A stretch of 64,000 nucleotides of DNA from the NCBI GenBank assembly GCA_964016885.1, contig OZ024741.1:69316001-69380000 (forward strand). The letters run 5' to 3'. The position numbers were made by a program, and so were the translations under genes. Shown here one piece after another: positions 37,075 through 51,609 of this stretch. The stretch comes from Eledone cirrhosa. Lineage: Eukaryota. Position 1 is the stretch's first letter. Every line of letters begins with the position of its first letter. The notes beneath the pieces were generated by a model. It saw only the letters and a program-made list of their open reading frames with translations, was not told the origin of the DNA and searched no databases.

Positions 37075-38926
37075 TCATCATCATCATCATCAACGTTTAA
37101 CGTCCGTGTTCCACGCTTGCATGGGTTTGGACGGGGGTAGTCCCACTTGAGGCAAGAGTGATTGTCTTGCTCGCATAGGACTGTCTGGCAGGTTTTCTAC
37201 AGTTGGATGCCCTTCCTAACACCAACCACATTTACAGTGTGGGTCTGGGAGGTTTTTACCGTGTTGCCTACACGGCCACATTACAGCGTGGACTGTGTTT
37301 TTTTGTCGTGACACCTACACGATCTCATTTGTTTTGGCCTGGATGGCGCGGCACCAACATAACTTTACATAGAACGGGGTGGTGTGGATGGGGTGGGGGT
37401 GGTGGTGGTGGGACGGGGTGTATTTTGTTAGAGATGCCTACTGGCTGGAGTAGGTTTTACTATATATTTAGGTAAGGCGGGTCTTCTCTGTTACTGAGTA
37501 CCGCCAAAGGTCTCGGTCCAGTGACATTGTCTTGGAGAGGTGTAAGTGTGTGATGTCGGAGTTTATCAGCTCGTCCCAGGTTTTTCTAGGTCTGCCTATT
37601 CCGTGACTACCGTCTATCTTTATTGCCCTGCACTTTGTTATACAGCTATCGACTTTCATGCGCATCACGTGTCCATACCAACGTAGCCTTCTCTCGAGTA
37701 AACATCTGATCCCTCTTATCTCTAATTTTTTCCTTAGTTCGTTTATGCTTTGCCGTTCACGTATATTACTGTTACACATCCAGCGGAGCATGCAAGCTTC
37801 GTTCCTCTCTAGTCTGCGTATATCCTCTGCACACAATGCCCAGGTCTCACTGCCATGCAGCATTGCTGTTCGTATGCAGGCATCGTACAACCTGCCTTTC
37901 ATTTTTAGGGAGAACCCTTTAGCAGCTAATAGTGGTATAAGCTCTGAACTTTTTCCAACCAGTTCTGACTCTAGCTACAATACTTTCAGAGCACCCTCCC
38001 CCACTGCTGATTTTATCGCCCAGGTAACGGAAGCTGTCCACTATTTCTATAGAACCCTCTGCGCAATTGAAAGAGCTAGTATTTGGTGGGCACTTGCTGC
38101 TACTTATTGCACCAGAACACCGGCCACATGTAAAATCTATGTTCTTAGTTAGCTTACCTGTGATCCCACTACATCTTTTATGCACCCATACTTTGCATTT
38201 AGGACATAAAATGGAGTTTCTACCTACGCCTTTCCTACACACCGAGCACGACCATTTCCCAGAAGGGATTGCCGCCTTGTTTTCTTTCCTACAAACTAGA
38301 ACTTTGGTCTTAGCCAGGTTAATTTTAAGTCCTTTTGACTCTAGGCCGTGCTTCCATGTTTGGAATTTCTTCTCTAGCTCGGCCATTGATTCCGCTATGA
38401 GTGTCAGGTCGTCTGCGTATAGGAGTTCCCATGGGCAGCCTGTCTTGAACTCCTCTGTTATAGCCTGAAGGGCAATAATAAATAGTAGGGGGCTGAGAAC
38501 AGAGCCCTGATGGACGCCAACTTTTACGCTAAACTCTTCACTATATTCGTTGTTAATTCTAACCTTGCTGACTGTTTCTTTATACATGGCTTGTATAGCC
38601 CTCACAAGCCATTCGTCAACGCCTAGTTTTCTAAGAGCCCACCAGATAATGGAGCGGGGGACTCTGTCGAAGGCTTTCTCCAAGTCGACAAAAGCTAAGT
38701 AGAGGGGTTTACCTTTAGCTAGGTACTTCTCCTGTAGTTGTCGTACTATGAAAAGAGCGTCTGTGGTACTTTTGCCTGACACAAACCCGAACTGCATTTC
38801 ATCTAGGTCAATTCTCTCTCTGATTAGTTGCGCTATTACTTTTTCCGTGACCTTCATGACCTGGTCGATTAATTTAATGCCTCTATAGTTACTCCTATCT
38901 AGGGCGTCTCCTTTACCCTTATAACA
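37075..38926 (-). mobile_element. RTE LINE, 5'-truncated copy (RT half + 3' UTR)
   Basis: ORFs 37919..38857 and 37468..37902 (one frameshift) are near-identical to the full-length copy. Confidence 0.97.
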
Positions 38927-39088
38927 TATCTATATATATATATAATAGAAATAGGATTTAGCTTCAAGCATAGCTGTATACAAATATGTATAGAAATTTC
39001 GTATTTCTAAAGAAACATGGAAGCCGTAACTATGGAAACACTGGGGCTAACGCCCTCTGGTGGTGTCCAGCAGAAGCAAGGAGGACAA

Positions 39089-39130
39089 CCGTCTATGCAT
39101 TTTAGACTTGACTGATCTTCATCAGGACAG
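39089..39130 (-). ncRNA. Decayed hammerhead motif
   Basis: CTGTC-CTGATGA-AGA..TCT-aAAA-TGCA-TA-GACGG; palindromic ATGCAT; G12 missing. Confidence 0.5.
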
Positions 39131-39847
39131 CCCCTCCCACATCTGCAACTGCTGGACTTGAATATGCACGTGTTTTTTTTCCCCCCCGTTCCTTCCTCTC
39201 ATCACTCTTTACTTTACTTTCTATTTATCTTCTATTTCTAACTCTATCTTCTGATGAAGGACTAGTGTTCGAGACGTTAAGACTCTCTTCCTGCTATTTC
39301 AAGCGTTAAACTAATATATTTCTCCCATGTATTGTGCTGTTTATTTTGCTATTACTTTTACATATATCATCATCATCATCATTTTATGTCCATTCTTCCA
39401 CACTAGCACACACACACACACACATATATATACACACACGCACATATTACACATATATATGTATGCATATATAATTATGTATTTGAGAGCAGACATTAAA
39501 TGAGGATGATGGTGATGGTATATATGTGTGTGTCAGTGTGTATGTATGTATGTATGTGTATGTATATGTATATGTGTGTGTGTGTGTATTAGATTTCCTT
39601 CATGTATAAATATTCTCAAATAAACATTTTCTTAAACGTATCTACAGATGATTTGTTCTGTTATATAAGGGTTTGTGAAAGATCGTGGTAGAGTATTGTT
39701 GGTGTGTTTGTTGTTCCTGTTGTCGAAACAAACCCTTTATTGCATTGCATTTCACCTGAGAAATAGATGAGTGTAATTGCATTTATCCTGTAACCTTAAA
39801 CTTAGCTTTCATCTAACATAATATATTTTGACACATGTAAACTGTTA

Positions 39848-40148
39848 CCTTTCTTCTTCTTTTTCTTCTTCTTCTTTCTTTTGTTTTTGTTTTTCTTTTC
39901 TTTTCTCTTCCTACTTTTCCTTCTTTTCTTTTGTCTTTTCTTTCTTCTTTTCCTTCTTTTCCTTCTTTTCTTCTTTTCTTCTTTTCTTCTTTTCTTCTTC
40001 TTTTCATCTTCTTTTGTTCTTCTTTTGTTCTTCTTTCTTCCTCTTCTTTCTTCTTTTTTCTTTTTCTTCTTCTTTCCTCTTCTTTCTTTTTCTTCTTTTT
40101 CCTTTCTTTCTTTTTTCTTCTTTCTTCTTTCTTTTTCTTCTTCTTCTC
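39848..40148. repeat. ~300-bp polypyrimidine (TTC/TTTC)n tract
   Basis: Direct reading. Confidence 0.95.
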
Positions 40149-40446
40149 TGTAGTTGTTCTAAGGAAAATATGACCTTCCACCAAAGGAGGGCGGTGTACC
40201 AACCAATAAACTAATTACATTAACATCTGATTGTAGTGGAGCATTAGGAGAGTTGCTTTTGGTTTGTTTTAATAAATTTTATTGAGCTCCATACATACGC
40301 GTGTGTGTATGTGTGTGTGTACATATATACGTGTGTGTATGCATTCACATGAATTCATGCTAATATCCCTTAAACTGAACATCAACCCTATTAATGTCAC
40401 TAGTGGGAGAGGGTCTGCAGGGTTAGGTTAATTTCTGCTACTATAT

Positions 40447-40915
40447 TTATGTGTGCGTGCGCACATATATATGTGTGTGTGTGTGGGCGTACATATATGC
40501 GTGTGCGCGCACACATATATACACGTGCTCACACATACACGTGTGCGGGCACACATACACATATGTGCACACACACACACACACACAAATATTGTGCGCG
40601 CATGCACACATACACGTGTGTGAACCACACATACATGTGTACGCACACACATATATGTGCGCATGCACACACATTTATGTGCACTTGCACATATATGAGT
40701 GTATGTGCGCGCGCACACATGTGTATGCGTGCACGCACATGTATGTGTGTGCGTGCACATGTATGTGTGTGCGTGCACATGTATGTGCACGCGCACGTGT
40801 ATGTGTACGCACACACACGTGTGCGCGCGCACATATATGCGTATATGTGTGTGCGCACACATGTGTATGTGTGTCCACACATACATGCGTGTGCGTGCAC
40901 ATTATATATACATAT
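40447..40915. repeat. Alternating purine-pyrimidine tract (CA/TG/CG/TA mix)
   Basis: Direct reading. Confidence 0.9.
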
Positions 40916-40916
40916 G

Positions 40917-41070
40917 TCTTAAACCAGAAGGCACATTTGGCCGGTGCTTATCCCGGTTTCACGGCGTGAAGCGACTGAGTACAAGACTTCCCCTGGACAA
41001 GACGCCAGTCCACCGCAGGGTTAAACCTCCAGCTAATGTTGGTACTCATTTTCACCCCTTACTAGGGCTC
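40917..41070 (-). mobile_element. SINE 3' fragment (V-domain-like)
   Basis: Minus strand AAAATGAGTACC..CCCTGCGGTGGACTGGCGTCTTGTCCAGGGG. Confidence 0.5.
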
Positions 41071-41118
41071 ATTTATGTATGTATGTATATATATATATGT
41101 ATGTATATATATATATAT

Positions 41119-41726
41119 GTCAGGTCACCACTTGGTGCTACTGGTAACATGTATCCAAGTACAACCTGTCTCATGGTCGGGTCGTTGGCGACTAAACTGG
41201 CAACCCCACCAAGGTTTCTTAGTGAGGAGGGTGACTTTGGACATCCTGCAGGACTAAAAACAAAACCTGTCAAAGGGCAAAGGAGCTCTTAAGAGTCAAT
41301 GGCCATCCAAAATCACTGGGAGAGATAACCCCTTAGCCTTTGTCAAGGCAGAATTCTAGGAGAAGGAAAACTCTGATATAACACCTGCAACCCTGATGGT
41401 ATCCAATGATGTTGACTTGTTCTTCTTTTTGGTAAATATCATCTTGGTTAAGCGAGTGGGACTGGCTTTGTGCAGTGCCTTTGCTCACTATAAAAGCTTC
41501 ACGGCACAGGCATTGCTTTATATCTGGAGATCTCTCTGCACTTGTCGTCACATGGTACCATGGGCCCAGCACTATGTGTCAATGATTGTCACAAGTGTAG
41601 TGTTTGCACCAGAGTTTTCAAGTCGCTGGCTGGACTAAAAAGTCACACTCGTTCAGCGCATCGGTAGGGGTTCTCCTACATGGATATAAAGTAGTGGCTG
41701 TACTCGAAGACGAGTTGGCAGCCACC
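41119..41726 (+). mobile_element. Bipartite non-autonomous RTE-derived element (5'UTR-like part + C2H2-coding 3' end)
   Basis: TAGGAGAAGGAAAACTCTGA 5'UTR-type motif; [22 protein letters not shown]; fixed 3' end GCAGCCACC(AT)n; copies at 41803-42217, 50921-51282, 53578-54156, 60861-61055(-). Confidence 0.75.
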
Positions 41727-42541
41727 ATGTATATATATATGTATGTATATATGTATGTATGTATATATATATGTATGTATGTATGTATATGTATGTATAT
41801 GTATCACCGGGAGAGATGACCCCTTAGCCTTTGTCAAGGCAGAATTCTAGGAGAAGGAAAACTCTGATATAACACCTGCAACCCTGATGGTATCCAATGA
41901 TGTTGACTTGTTCTTCTTTTTGGTAAATATCATCTTGGTTAAGAGAGTGGGACTGGCTTTGTGCAGTGCCTTTGCTCACTATAAAAGCTTCACGGCACAG
42001 GCATTGCTTTATATCTGGAGATCTCTCTGCACTTGTCGTCACATGGTACCATGGGCCCAGCACTATGTGTCAATCATTGTCACAGGTGTAGTGTTTGTAC
42101 CAGAGTTTTCAAGTCGCTGGCTGGACTGAAAAGTCACACTCGTTCAGCGCATCGGTAGGGGTTCTCCTACATGGATATAAAGTAGTGGCCGTACTCGAAA
42201 ACGAGTTGGCAGCCACCATATGTATGTATATAAATATGTATATAATCATTCTTACATGGGTTGTATGGGTGTTTACCAATGCAGCCACCTTATATGTTCG
42301 TGCAATGATTTAATTGCTTATATCTAACCCTTAAAACATTGTTTGTTACATAGCCCCTTAGTAACCAGCTCTTCAGTGAATGATCTTACTAACAGGGGTC
42401 ACCCACGTGTCTGTGAAATTTGGGTAGCTGCAGGGTTCAGGGTCAATTAGTTATGACAAAATATTTTAACTTTGCTGTTAATTTGCAACAAGAAAACTAG
42501 GTTTCAAGAAACATGCACTTTACAATCTGTTACACTCCCTT

Positions 42542-42598
<57 letters not shown>

Positions 42599-43915
42599 TA
42601 TGGAGAGGGTTAACAGAAGAAAGAGAAAGTAATAGGAAAAGTTGTGGGAGGCCATTGATTCCAAAATATGTGTTCGTGTATAATACGTGTGTATATATAT
42701 ATATATGTGTCTGTGTATGCATTTGTGTATAATACGTGTGTGTGTGTCATAGGCTTGATAAAGAAAATATATTTTTATTATAAAAGCACCATGTTCTGTT
42801 TGTATAAGGTTATATATAACACACACAATTATGATGTGTTCTATAAGTCTGTGAGGTTTTCAAGAGTAACATTAAGGCACATGTACCTTTAACGTAATTT
42901 TCAAGGAGACCCAGTGTGATACAGTTTATGATACTCGGCTGGCCCTTTGAATTACAGGTACAGTCCATCCAACAGGCTTCCAAGTAGTTTCTGTCCACCC
43001 AATTTCGCTCACAAGGCTTGGGTTGACCCTAGGCTATGGTAAACAGATGTCCAAGATACCATCCAAATGGAATGGAACTTGGGACCAAATGATAGTGAAG
43101 TGAGTCTCCTAACCATTTGGCCATACTGCATCCACATTTGTATATTAATTAGCAAACATATTGTTAATTATTTCCAGAAGTGTCCTCTCCACTTGTGTGT
43201 CTTAATTAGTAAATAACCTAATTAGTACAAATTAGAGAAATTCTTTATGCAACTTGTATGTATTTTCTTATTTGATGTAAGAGTGTTATTATACTAAATA
43301 CTTTTGTAGGCAAATATGTTTCTGACAAGATGCAAATTAAGAATTCTTGGCCTGGAGATAACTGCATAGAACAGATGTCTCAATGAACAAGATGTTATGC
43401 AGTCACTCATTCTGTTAGAAACAACAACCAAATCACGCTCAAATTGTATGCTACTATATTTAAAAAAAAAAAAAAATTATGGAAGGATGCATAGGATAAT
43501 GTACCCTAAGATATTTGTAATGTCTCAATAAAAGATGGGATGATCATACCTAGAATGTTTTTGATCAGACATGTGCTTGATCAACCCTGACTTCGTACTA
43601 ATTAAATGACATTTTCACCAGGTTTTTATCTTTTATGTTTAGACAGTGTGTAACTATTTCTTAGATAAACAAACATTTAGCTTGTGTTATTTCTATAGAG
43701 TCTTTCTTTCTCCACTACCTTAGTGTATTCATGCTTCTACTCTCTTTATATTTTGAGTTCAAATCCCACTGGTGCATCCTCTGGCTGATTAGTTCTAGTT
43801 ATATATTTACGTCAGTTCAATTGACTACATCCACCCTCTTCTATGAAATTTTGTTGTTTTGTTAACTATTTGTTACTGTATTTCTAATAAAATGTTCTGT
43901 ATTTGAATTAATTAA

Positions 43916-44480
43916 CCATATATACTTGACTATAAACTGATCCAAATATAAGCCAACCCCTTATTTTAGGTGTGAGAAATGAGCAAAAATCCAAACCCTG
44001 TTTATAATCCAAGGCAGATAATCAACACATTATATTTAGATGGTGCACTTTTGAAATTCAAATGATGTTTTCTTCTTCTTTGTCCACTTATTCCTGAGAG
44101 GGTTGTAGGGGCAGAGTCCTCAAACACACCTTTTAGCAGGTCTTATCAGAAGCAACCATCTCCAACTGATCTGACTGGATCCCCAAGCGAAACCAGCCAA
44201 GCTCATTATGTAATGATTTTTTTTACTAAATTTCCTACTATTTTGAAGGCCATATTCATTCAAAACATCAAAAACAATATGAAATATGAATTTTATGTCA
44301 AAAGTGAAACCAGTGTAATATTCACCCCACAAAGCAAAAATATTTACCACCTCATTTACATAGAATTTTAAAGTTGGTAAAAATCAGCAAAATATTGACC
44401 TCAAATATAAACCGAGACACCATTTTACCATCAATTTTTTTTTGTCACATATTTCTTGGCTTATATACAAGTATATATGT
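43916..44480. mobile_element. pogo/Tc1-mariner-type MITE with nested RTE fragment (44066-44210)
   Basis: TIRs CATATATACTTGACTATAA / TTATATACAAGTATATATG. Confidence 0.6.
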
Positions 44481-46362
44481 TGATTAATGGAGAATTTGGA
44501 GGAATCTACTAAAATCATTAATTATTTCATTATTAAGATAGTATTTGTGACTTAACAAAATATCCTTATATCTAGATATGTTGGAAGATTTTAATTGAAA
44601 TAGAAGCATTTTAAAACGGTTGGTTTTGTTTAATAGAACCAGAGGTTGTTTTGGGCAGGTTGGTATCAAAAGGGATAATTGAAAGAGTAGCTTTACTTTT
44701 CATCCATCCATACGGGTTCTATAAAATAAAATACCAGTAATGCACTGGGGTCAATTTAATCGACTTTCCCTTCTCCAAAATTGTTGGCCTTGTGCCTAAA
44801 TTAGAAACCATTATTAATATGAAAATATCTATTCTAAAATTTTAATTACATTTTTGATAATTCTTGTTTCCATTCTTGTCTCTCAGCTCAGATCATCTTC
44901 AAAATGATTGTATTTGATTCTTTAATAGTTTTTTTTATTATTTTCCAATCTATATCTTGGAAAATGTTGGAGGACAAATTTCATCTTCTGTATTTCCATT
45001 TCTGTCACACAGCTATATAATTACCAGGCTGCATAGTTGTTCTATTCCGAGCATAAATACTTCTTATATTCTTTGTATTATCTGTACTACTTTCCATATT
45101 GGCATTCTTAGTGTTATTCCAATTCTGTCCTTCTCTTTTGTATCATTCTCACATGCATATCTGTATTTAGAATCAGCAAAATATCATTCTTAACACTAGA
45201 ATAATTATATTAGATATATTGATATCATCATCGTCATCATCATCGTCAATTTAATGTCCGCTTTCCCTGCTAGCAAGGGTTGGATGAGTCTACATAGACC
45301 AAGTCAGTATTGAAGCAGAGCCACTGATCTCCCTGGCAAGCCAGGGATCTGTGCTTTGCTTTATGTACGGTTGATGTTCCACTTAGTGCACAGGAAAGGT
45401 TGCCATATCTTTGACACAACTGAGGGTCCTCCCAACCTGTTTGTTTGGCAAGATTTCTACGGCTGGATGTCCTTCCTATCACCAACCACTTTACAGTGTG
45501 TACTGGGTGTGTTTATCATGTAGATCACCAATACTAGAGAGGCTGTCATGTCCTTGACATAACTGAAGGGTCCTCCCTTGTCTGATATAGTCATGTAAAA
45601 AAAAAATCACTGAATGATGAAACTAAATAAATTGCGAGTCAACAAGGGAGACTCTACATGGTCATTTGACTAGTTAGAAATAACAGCTGAATCACCCACA
45701 ATTTATATTTTTATGAATACATCAATATATCTACATTAAAATAGATGATTAGTATTATGAATACTAAAGGGTTAAAGTATAGATTTCCAAAAGAGGAAGG
45801 GCAAATAATTAAGTAAACAAGAACAAATCCAGATTCCAGATGATGGGGAAGACGGTGAGGGGGGAATGCTCTACTTAACACAGGCATTCAGGTGTGATGG
45901 GATGCTGAGGTGGCAGCGAGAAAAGTGAAAAAGCACTCTGTCTGATGACTGTGTGTATGTGTGAGCAAGAGAGACGAGGAGTGTGAGGACAAGAGAGAAA
46001 GCAAGAAATAGCTAAGAGAGCCAAATGTGAGCAATGATTTAACAAAATTTATAACCCCCTTCCCACCTTTATTTTCCTGTTTTCCATCCATATTTCAAAA
46101 GTTGTTGGTTGAGATTTTTATGGATATTTTTTTTTGTGTGAAGTGGATGGGTTAAGCAAAATTGGATATTTTCATATTGCTTTGCTAGATTGTTTTTACA
46201 ACTGGGTAAATTTGCCTTCCCCTAATGCTAAACCTCAAATGAGAAGTAGGAGTGGAAATCATTTGTCAACCAGCCAGACTGAGGCAAAAGGAAATATGTT
46301 TGATAAAAGATACAGCATAATAATTGTTTCTAGTTTTGGCACAAGGCCAGCAATTACGCAGT

Positions 46363-46731
46363 ACATGGCTTAGTGGTTAGAGCATTGGGCTTGCAATCGA
46401 AAGGTTGTGAGTTCATTTCTCAGATCGGATGATGTGTTGTTTCCTTGAGCAAGACACTTTATTTCACATTGCTCCAGTTTACTCAGCTGTAGAAATGAGA
46501 TGATAGGACTGGGGTTCCTATCATTCCACTGCAAAGTGGTCATGGAGCTGCCACGGCAGAAAAGCACCCAACCCACACTGTAAAGTGGACGTGTAGGCGT
46601 CACGGAAAAAAAGCACCCAGTACTCACTGTAAATGAGGTTGGTGTTAGGAAGGGCATCCAACTGTAGGAATCAAGCCAGAATCAGTTCCTGTCCCACCCT
46701 TGCAAACAGGGAAAAGCAGACGTAAAATGAT
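46363..46731 (+). mobile_element. CORE-type SINE nested in a minus-strand Meta-type SINE (46318-46860)
   Basis: The host SINE sequence resumes after the tail. Confidence 0.85.
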
Positions 46732-47460
46732 TTATTACTAGTTCTTTATTTTATCAACCCTGTAAGGATGAAAGGCAAATGAACTCAGATTATAAAGGGA
46801 CGTAACTCTATGCATCAAAGCATAGTGTCCGACTCTCTACTGATACTGCCAATCCACTAAGGTTTGAACTCATGAATATGTGACCACAATATTTGTGTCT
46901 CTTAAATGTGAAGCAAGATATTCATTGAGAGCTAGTGCTTTGCGCCAGTTTCACGGGCTAGAGCGAATGTGAGACAACTTTCTCTTTGGATCAGACACTA
47001 GTGAATTGTGTATATATATTTACAGGGAATTTGATTTCTTTGAATTATTAACTTTGCATAAGTTGCCCCCTCTGTAGTTTTTTTTATAGTTATCTCCCTT
47101 TACATTATCTAAAAGATTTGTTTATTTATATTTAAATTTGAGATTACCTGCTTTTGAAGAACTCTCCAATATTTTCTAAAAAATTCAAAATAATCTGTTA
47201 AGGTAGCCATTTTTATTTTATATAACAAGCTGAATTATAATAGTTAGAGTGTATAACCCAACGAAACTTAAGTATCTGTATATGTTGTAACTAATTATAT
47301 ATATATATATATGATCTAGTAATACTCATTTATAACAGGAAGTAGTTATATTTAGGTTACCTTTTTGGCATATGAAGGCAAGGTTTTCTTCTATATATAT
47401 ATATATATGTGTATGTATGTATGTATGTATATTGTTATTTTATCATGTATTCATTTTGAT

Positions 47461-47651
47461 TATATATATATATATATATTGTATATATATATATATTATA
47501 TATATATTATATATACATATATTATATATATTATATATTATATATATTATTTATATATTATATATACATATATTATATATATTTATATATTATATATATT
47601 ATTTATATATTATATATATATTATATATATATTATATATATATATATTATT

Positions 47652-47684
<33 letters not shown>

Positions 47685-48212
47685 ATATATATTATATATA
47701 TCTTATATATATATATTATATATATTATATATATTATATATATATATTATATATATTATATATATATATTATATATATTATATATATATATTATATATAT
47801 TATATATATATATTATATATATTATATATATATTATATATATTATATATATATATTATATATTATATATATATATATTATATATTATATATATATATATT
47901 ATATATTATATATATATTATATATATATTATATATTATATATATATTATATATATTATATATATATTATATATATATATTATATATATATATATTATATA
48001 TTATATATATATTATATATATATTATATATATATTATATATTATATAATATATATTATATTATATATATATATTATATATATTATATTATATTATATATA
48101 TTATATTATATTATATATATTATATATATATTATATATATATATATTATATTATATTATATATATTATATATATATTATATATATATATATTATATATAT
48201 ATTATATATATA
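47461..48212. repeat. ~750-bp almost pure A/T (TA)n/(TTATATA)n tract
   Basis: Direct reading. Confidence 0.97.
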
Positions 48213-49875
48213 TTCATATTTATTAATTTTTTCTTCTTTTTTATATTTTTAAGGTAAGTTTTATGACTTTGAATCCTGACCCCAATGGCCTCAGTGACCT
48301 CAGCAACATTGTGAATTTGTATGTAACCTTTTATTATCATCATACAGTCCATCTTATATAAAGTTAACTTAGCACACATTTCAATGTCATTCTCAGTAAC
48401 CCCCTCCCAAATGTCATATTGTACCATGAGTTTCAAGTATCTTGCTCTTAGTATTAAAAATTCATTCAGGGTAGTGAGTTGGCAATGCATCGGATAAAAT
48501 GTTTAGTGTGTTGGGCTTATCATTGTAATGTCATGGGTTGTTTTGTGTTCTTGAGCAAAACATTTCATGTGCTCCAATAAACTCAGCTGAAGATGAGTAT
48601 TAGCCGTAGCTGCTGTGATTGTCGCAGTAATGCTACTACTTAAAATAAAATTTTGCCAGAGATAGATTAGTCAAATTTAATAAGTGGGGGTGGGGTGGGG
48701 CTTGGAATATGAGCAGGGTTGGTATTTGGGGTGGTTGTGTGGAAAATCTGAATAATTAATAAGTGGTGGGGGACGATTATTTGAGACCCAAGAATATATA
48801 TGATATATATGGTAATTAACTTTATCACACAGAATCTACTCTAGCCTTGCTTGTTATCAATATGACTTACATATATAGCAATAACTAGTTGTTAAGATCA
48901 TGGATTATGAACATGATTTATAACTAGATTAGTGGTGATGCTTGTTACATCATTTTAACATCCTACCAATGACTGCTGGTTCTTAGTTATCAGTTAAGCA
49001 TGATGTAGTTATGATGCAAACATTTTATAATTTATTACAGTAAAAATACATAATTTACTGTGAAATTCTAGAAGTGATATTAAACATTTATTTGACACAA
49101 AATGTCATATAAAGATTTATTATAGATATTATTGAAATATGTTCCTTCACTAGATAAATTATCTTTCTCTCTAGCAAAGTCCATGATTAATTAATTTTGC
49201 TGATTAACTAAACACTTGCTTTTGTCCTGTCTAAATGTTTTCCTGTTTTCTTTCTTTTCTTACTCTCATCTCTCTTCCTATTTCTTATTCCCTCTCACAA
49301 ATATCCCCTTCTGTCTCTCATTCTATCTTCTGATGAAGTACTGATGTCCAAAGCGTTAGGACTATTTTCCTACTATATCAAGCACTGAACTAATATATAT
49401 CATCATTGTATTGTTCTGTGTTGAATTTTCCTATATATATATATAATTGTTTTTACTTTTGGTACAAGGCCAGCAATTATCCCAATGCATTACTGGTACT
49501 TTATTTTATCGACCCTGTAAGGATGAAAGGCAAAGCTAACTTTGGTGGGATTTGTACTCAAACCGTAAAGGGCCGTAACTTTATGCTGCAAAGCATGGCA
49601 TCCCACCCTCTACTGATACTGTCAATCCATCTTGCCTGCTTTTATCCCAATGTTAACCTACCCATTCCGTAAACAAGGATCAATAAAAATAAGCACCAAA
49701 GTACTAGGGTTGATATAATTGACTGAAGCCCTTGAAGGACATGCTCCAGTGTGGCCACACCCAAAGGTGGAGCCACACTGAAAAACATATAAGGAAGCTC
49801 TATTTGTAAAACTTCTCTAGGGAGAAATAAATTTGAAAATGTGTCAATAGATGGTAGGAGGATCATTTGCATGTA

Positions 49876-49913
<38 letters not shown>

Positions 49914-49916
<3 letters not shown>

Positions 49917-50920
49917 TAGCAGAAGTGCTCGGGGCTGAATTGCTTGAAAGTACTGTTAATGATTGCACTGAATTATGATTATTCAGGCAAAGATTGATAT
50001 AAGTTTACGCCGAATGAATCTATTTGTAAGTGTATAGAAAGGCCTGTAAAGGGGTTCCTACCCCCTTGTAGAATGGTGTAAGAATTGACTGTGAGGTTGC
50101 CTTGAAAAGGGCCATGTTATTGTTCTCATAATTGTAAGAATTTGATAGTCGTGGAAGGGGGTGTAAAACGTTCGCAGGTGAATAGGGCCTCTTCGTTTTC
50201 CACGAATGGCAGCGGATGTGCTGTTACAAAACTTCATGGTGTGTTAAAAGAGAATTGATGCCCTATGTAGGCAAGAGGGGAATTAAGTATGGGTAAGTAA
50301 ATACGGGTAATTTATAAAATCTAGAACAATAACATCTACTCACCATATATCAGACCGGCAAGACTGTAGTGGTGCTGAATAGATGAATCACAACACGTCT
50401 GTGGTGGAGATGTTGTTTTCATTGATTGGCGAATTTGTTTACGTACATGTTGAAAATGGCAAATGTTTGTGCAGTTGTCAGAAATATAACCAGGGTACAT
50501 TTGTGGAAGTGATGTATTATAATGAATAGTCGTGTATTTGTGGTTATAAATCCTGCACGTTGTTTAATTGCTTAACATTTTTTTTAATCAATTTATGTGA
50601 GTGTGTTTGTATGCGTTTGGAAATAAATCAGTAAGTTTGAAGTATAAAAGAGAAAGTAGTAAAATGTGTGGGTTGTATATAGAGGTTACCAGATGATATG
50701 AGAGAGTAAAACGGACAGTATCACCATCAAGCTTGGAAAGAGAAAGTAGCAGAAAGTATGAAGTTGTATAGATTTTGAATGGTAATAGAAAGAGGGAAGC
50801 ACTTGAAATGAGAGAGAAAATCGTAAAATATTGAGTTTTATCGATTTTTTGGGGCGTAATTTTGGGTGAAATTGAAAAATTATATGTGCCAAGACCCAAT
50901 TGAAGCTATTTCGAATACTG
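49914..50920 (+). mobile_element. Helentron-type element interrupted by the bipartite RTE element
   Basis: TACTAGCAG start; 50710-50915 is similar to the reverse complement of 54630-54845. Confidence 0.6.
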
Positions 50921-51280
50921 AAGGAAAACTCTGATATAACATCTGCAACTCTGATGGTATCCAATGATGTTGACTTGTTCTTCTTTTTGGTAAATATCAT
51001 CTTGGTTAAGAGAGTAGGACTGTCTTTGTGCAGTGCCTTTGCTCACTATAAAAGCTTCACGGCACAGGCATTGCTTTATATCTGGAGATCTCTCTGCACT
51101 TGTCGTCACATGGTTCCATGGACCCAGCACTATGCGTCAATAATTGTCACAAGTGTAGTGTTTGTACCAGAGTTTTCAAGTCGCTGGCTGGACTAAAATG
51201 TCACTCGTTCAGCGCATCGGTAGGAGTTCTCCTACATGTATATAAAGTAGTGGCCGTACTCGAAAACGAGTTGGCAGCCA

Positions 51281-51317
<37 letters not shown>

Positions 51318-51357
51318 TGTATATATATATACATATATGTATGTATGTGTGTGCGTG

Positions 51358-51400
<43 letters not shown>

Positions 51401-51609
51401 ATTGTTGTTGTCGTTATTATTATTGTTGTTATTATTATTATTATTGTTATTAATGTGTGTGTTGGTGTGTGTGTATATGTATATATATATATATATTTCT
51501 TTTTTATTTATTAATTTTTTTTTTTTTTTCTCCTCGTGCAATGGCCATACTCGATAACGAGGGGGCAGCCATCATCATCATATATGTATATATATATATA
51601 TATATATAT

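Noticed and set aside
39667-39738. AAGGGTTTGT..ACAAACCCTT inverted repeat with GAAA
   Set aside because: Only 10 bp and no CUGANGA; too weak to call.
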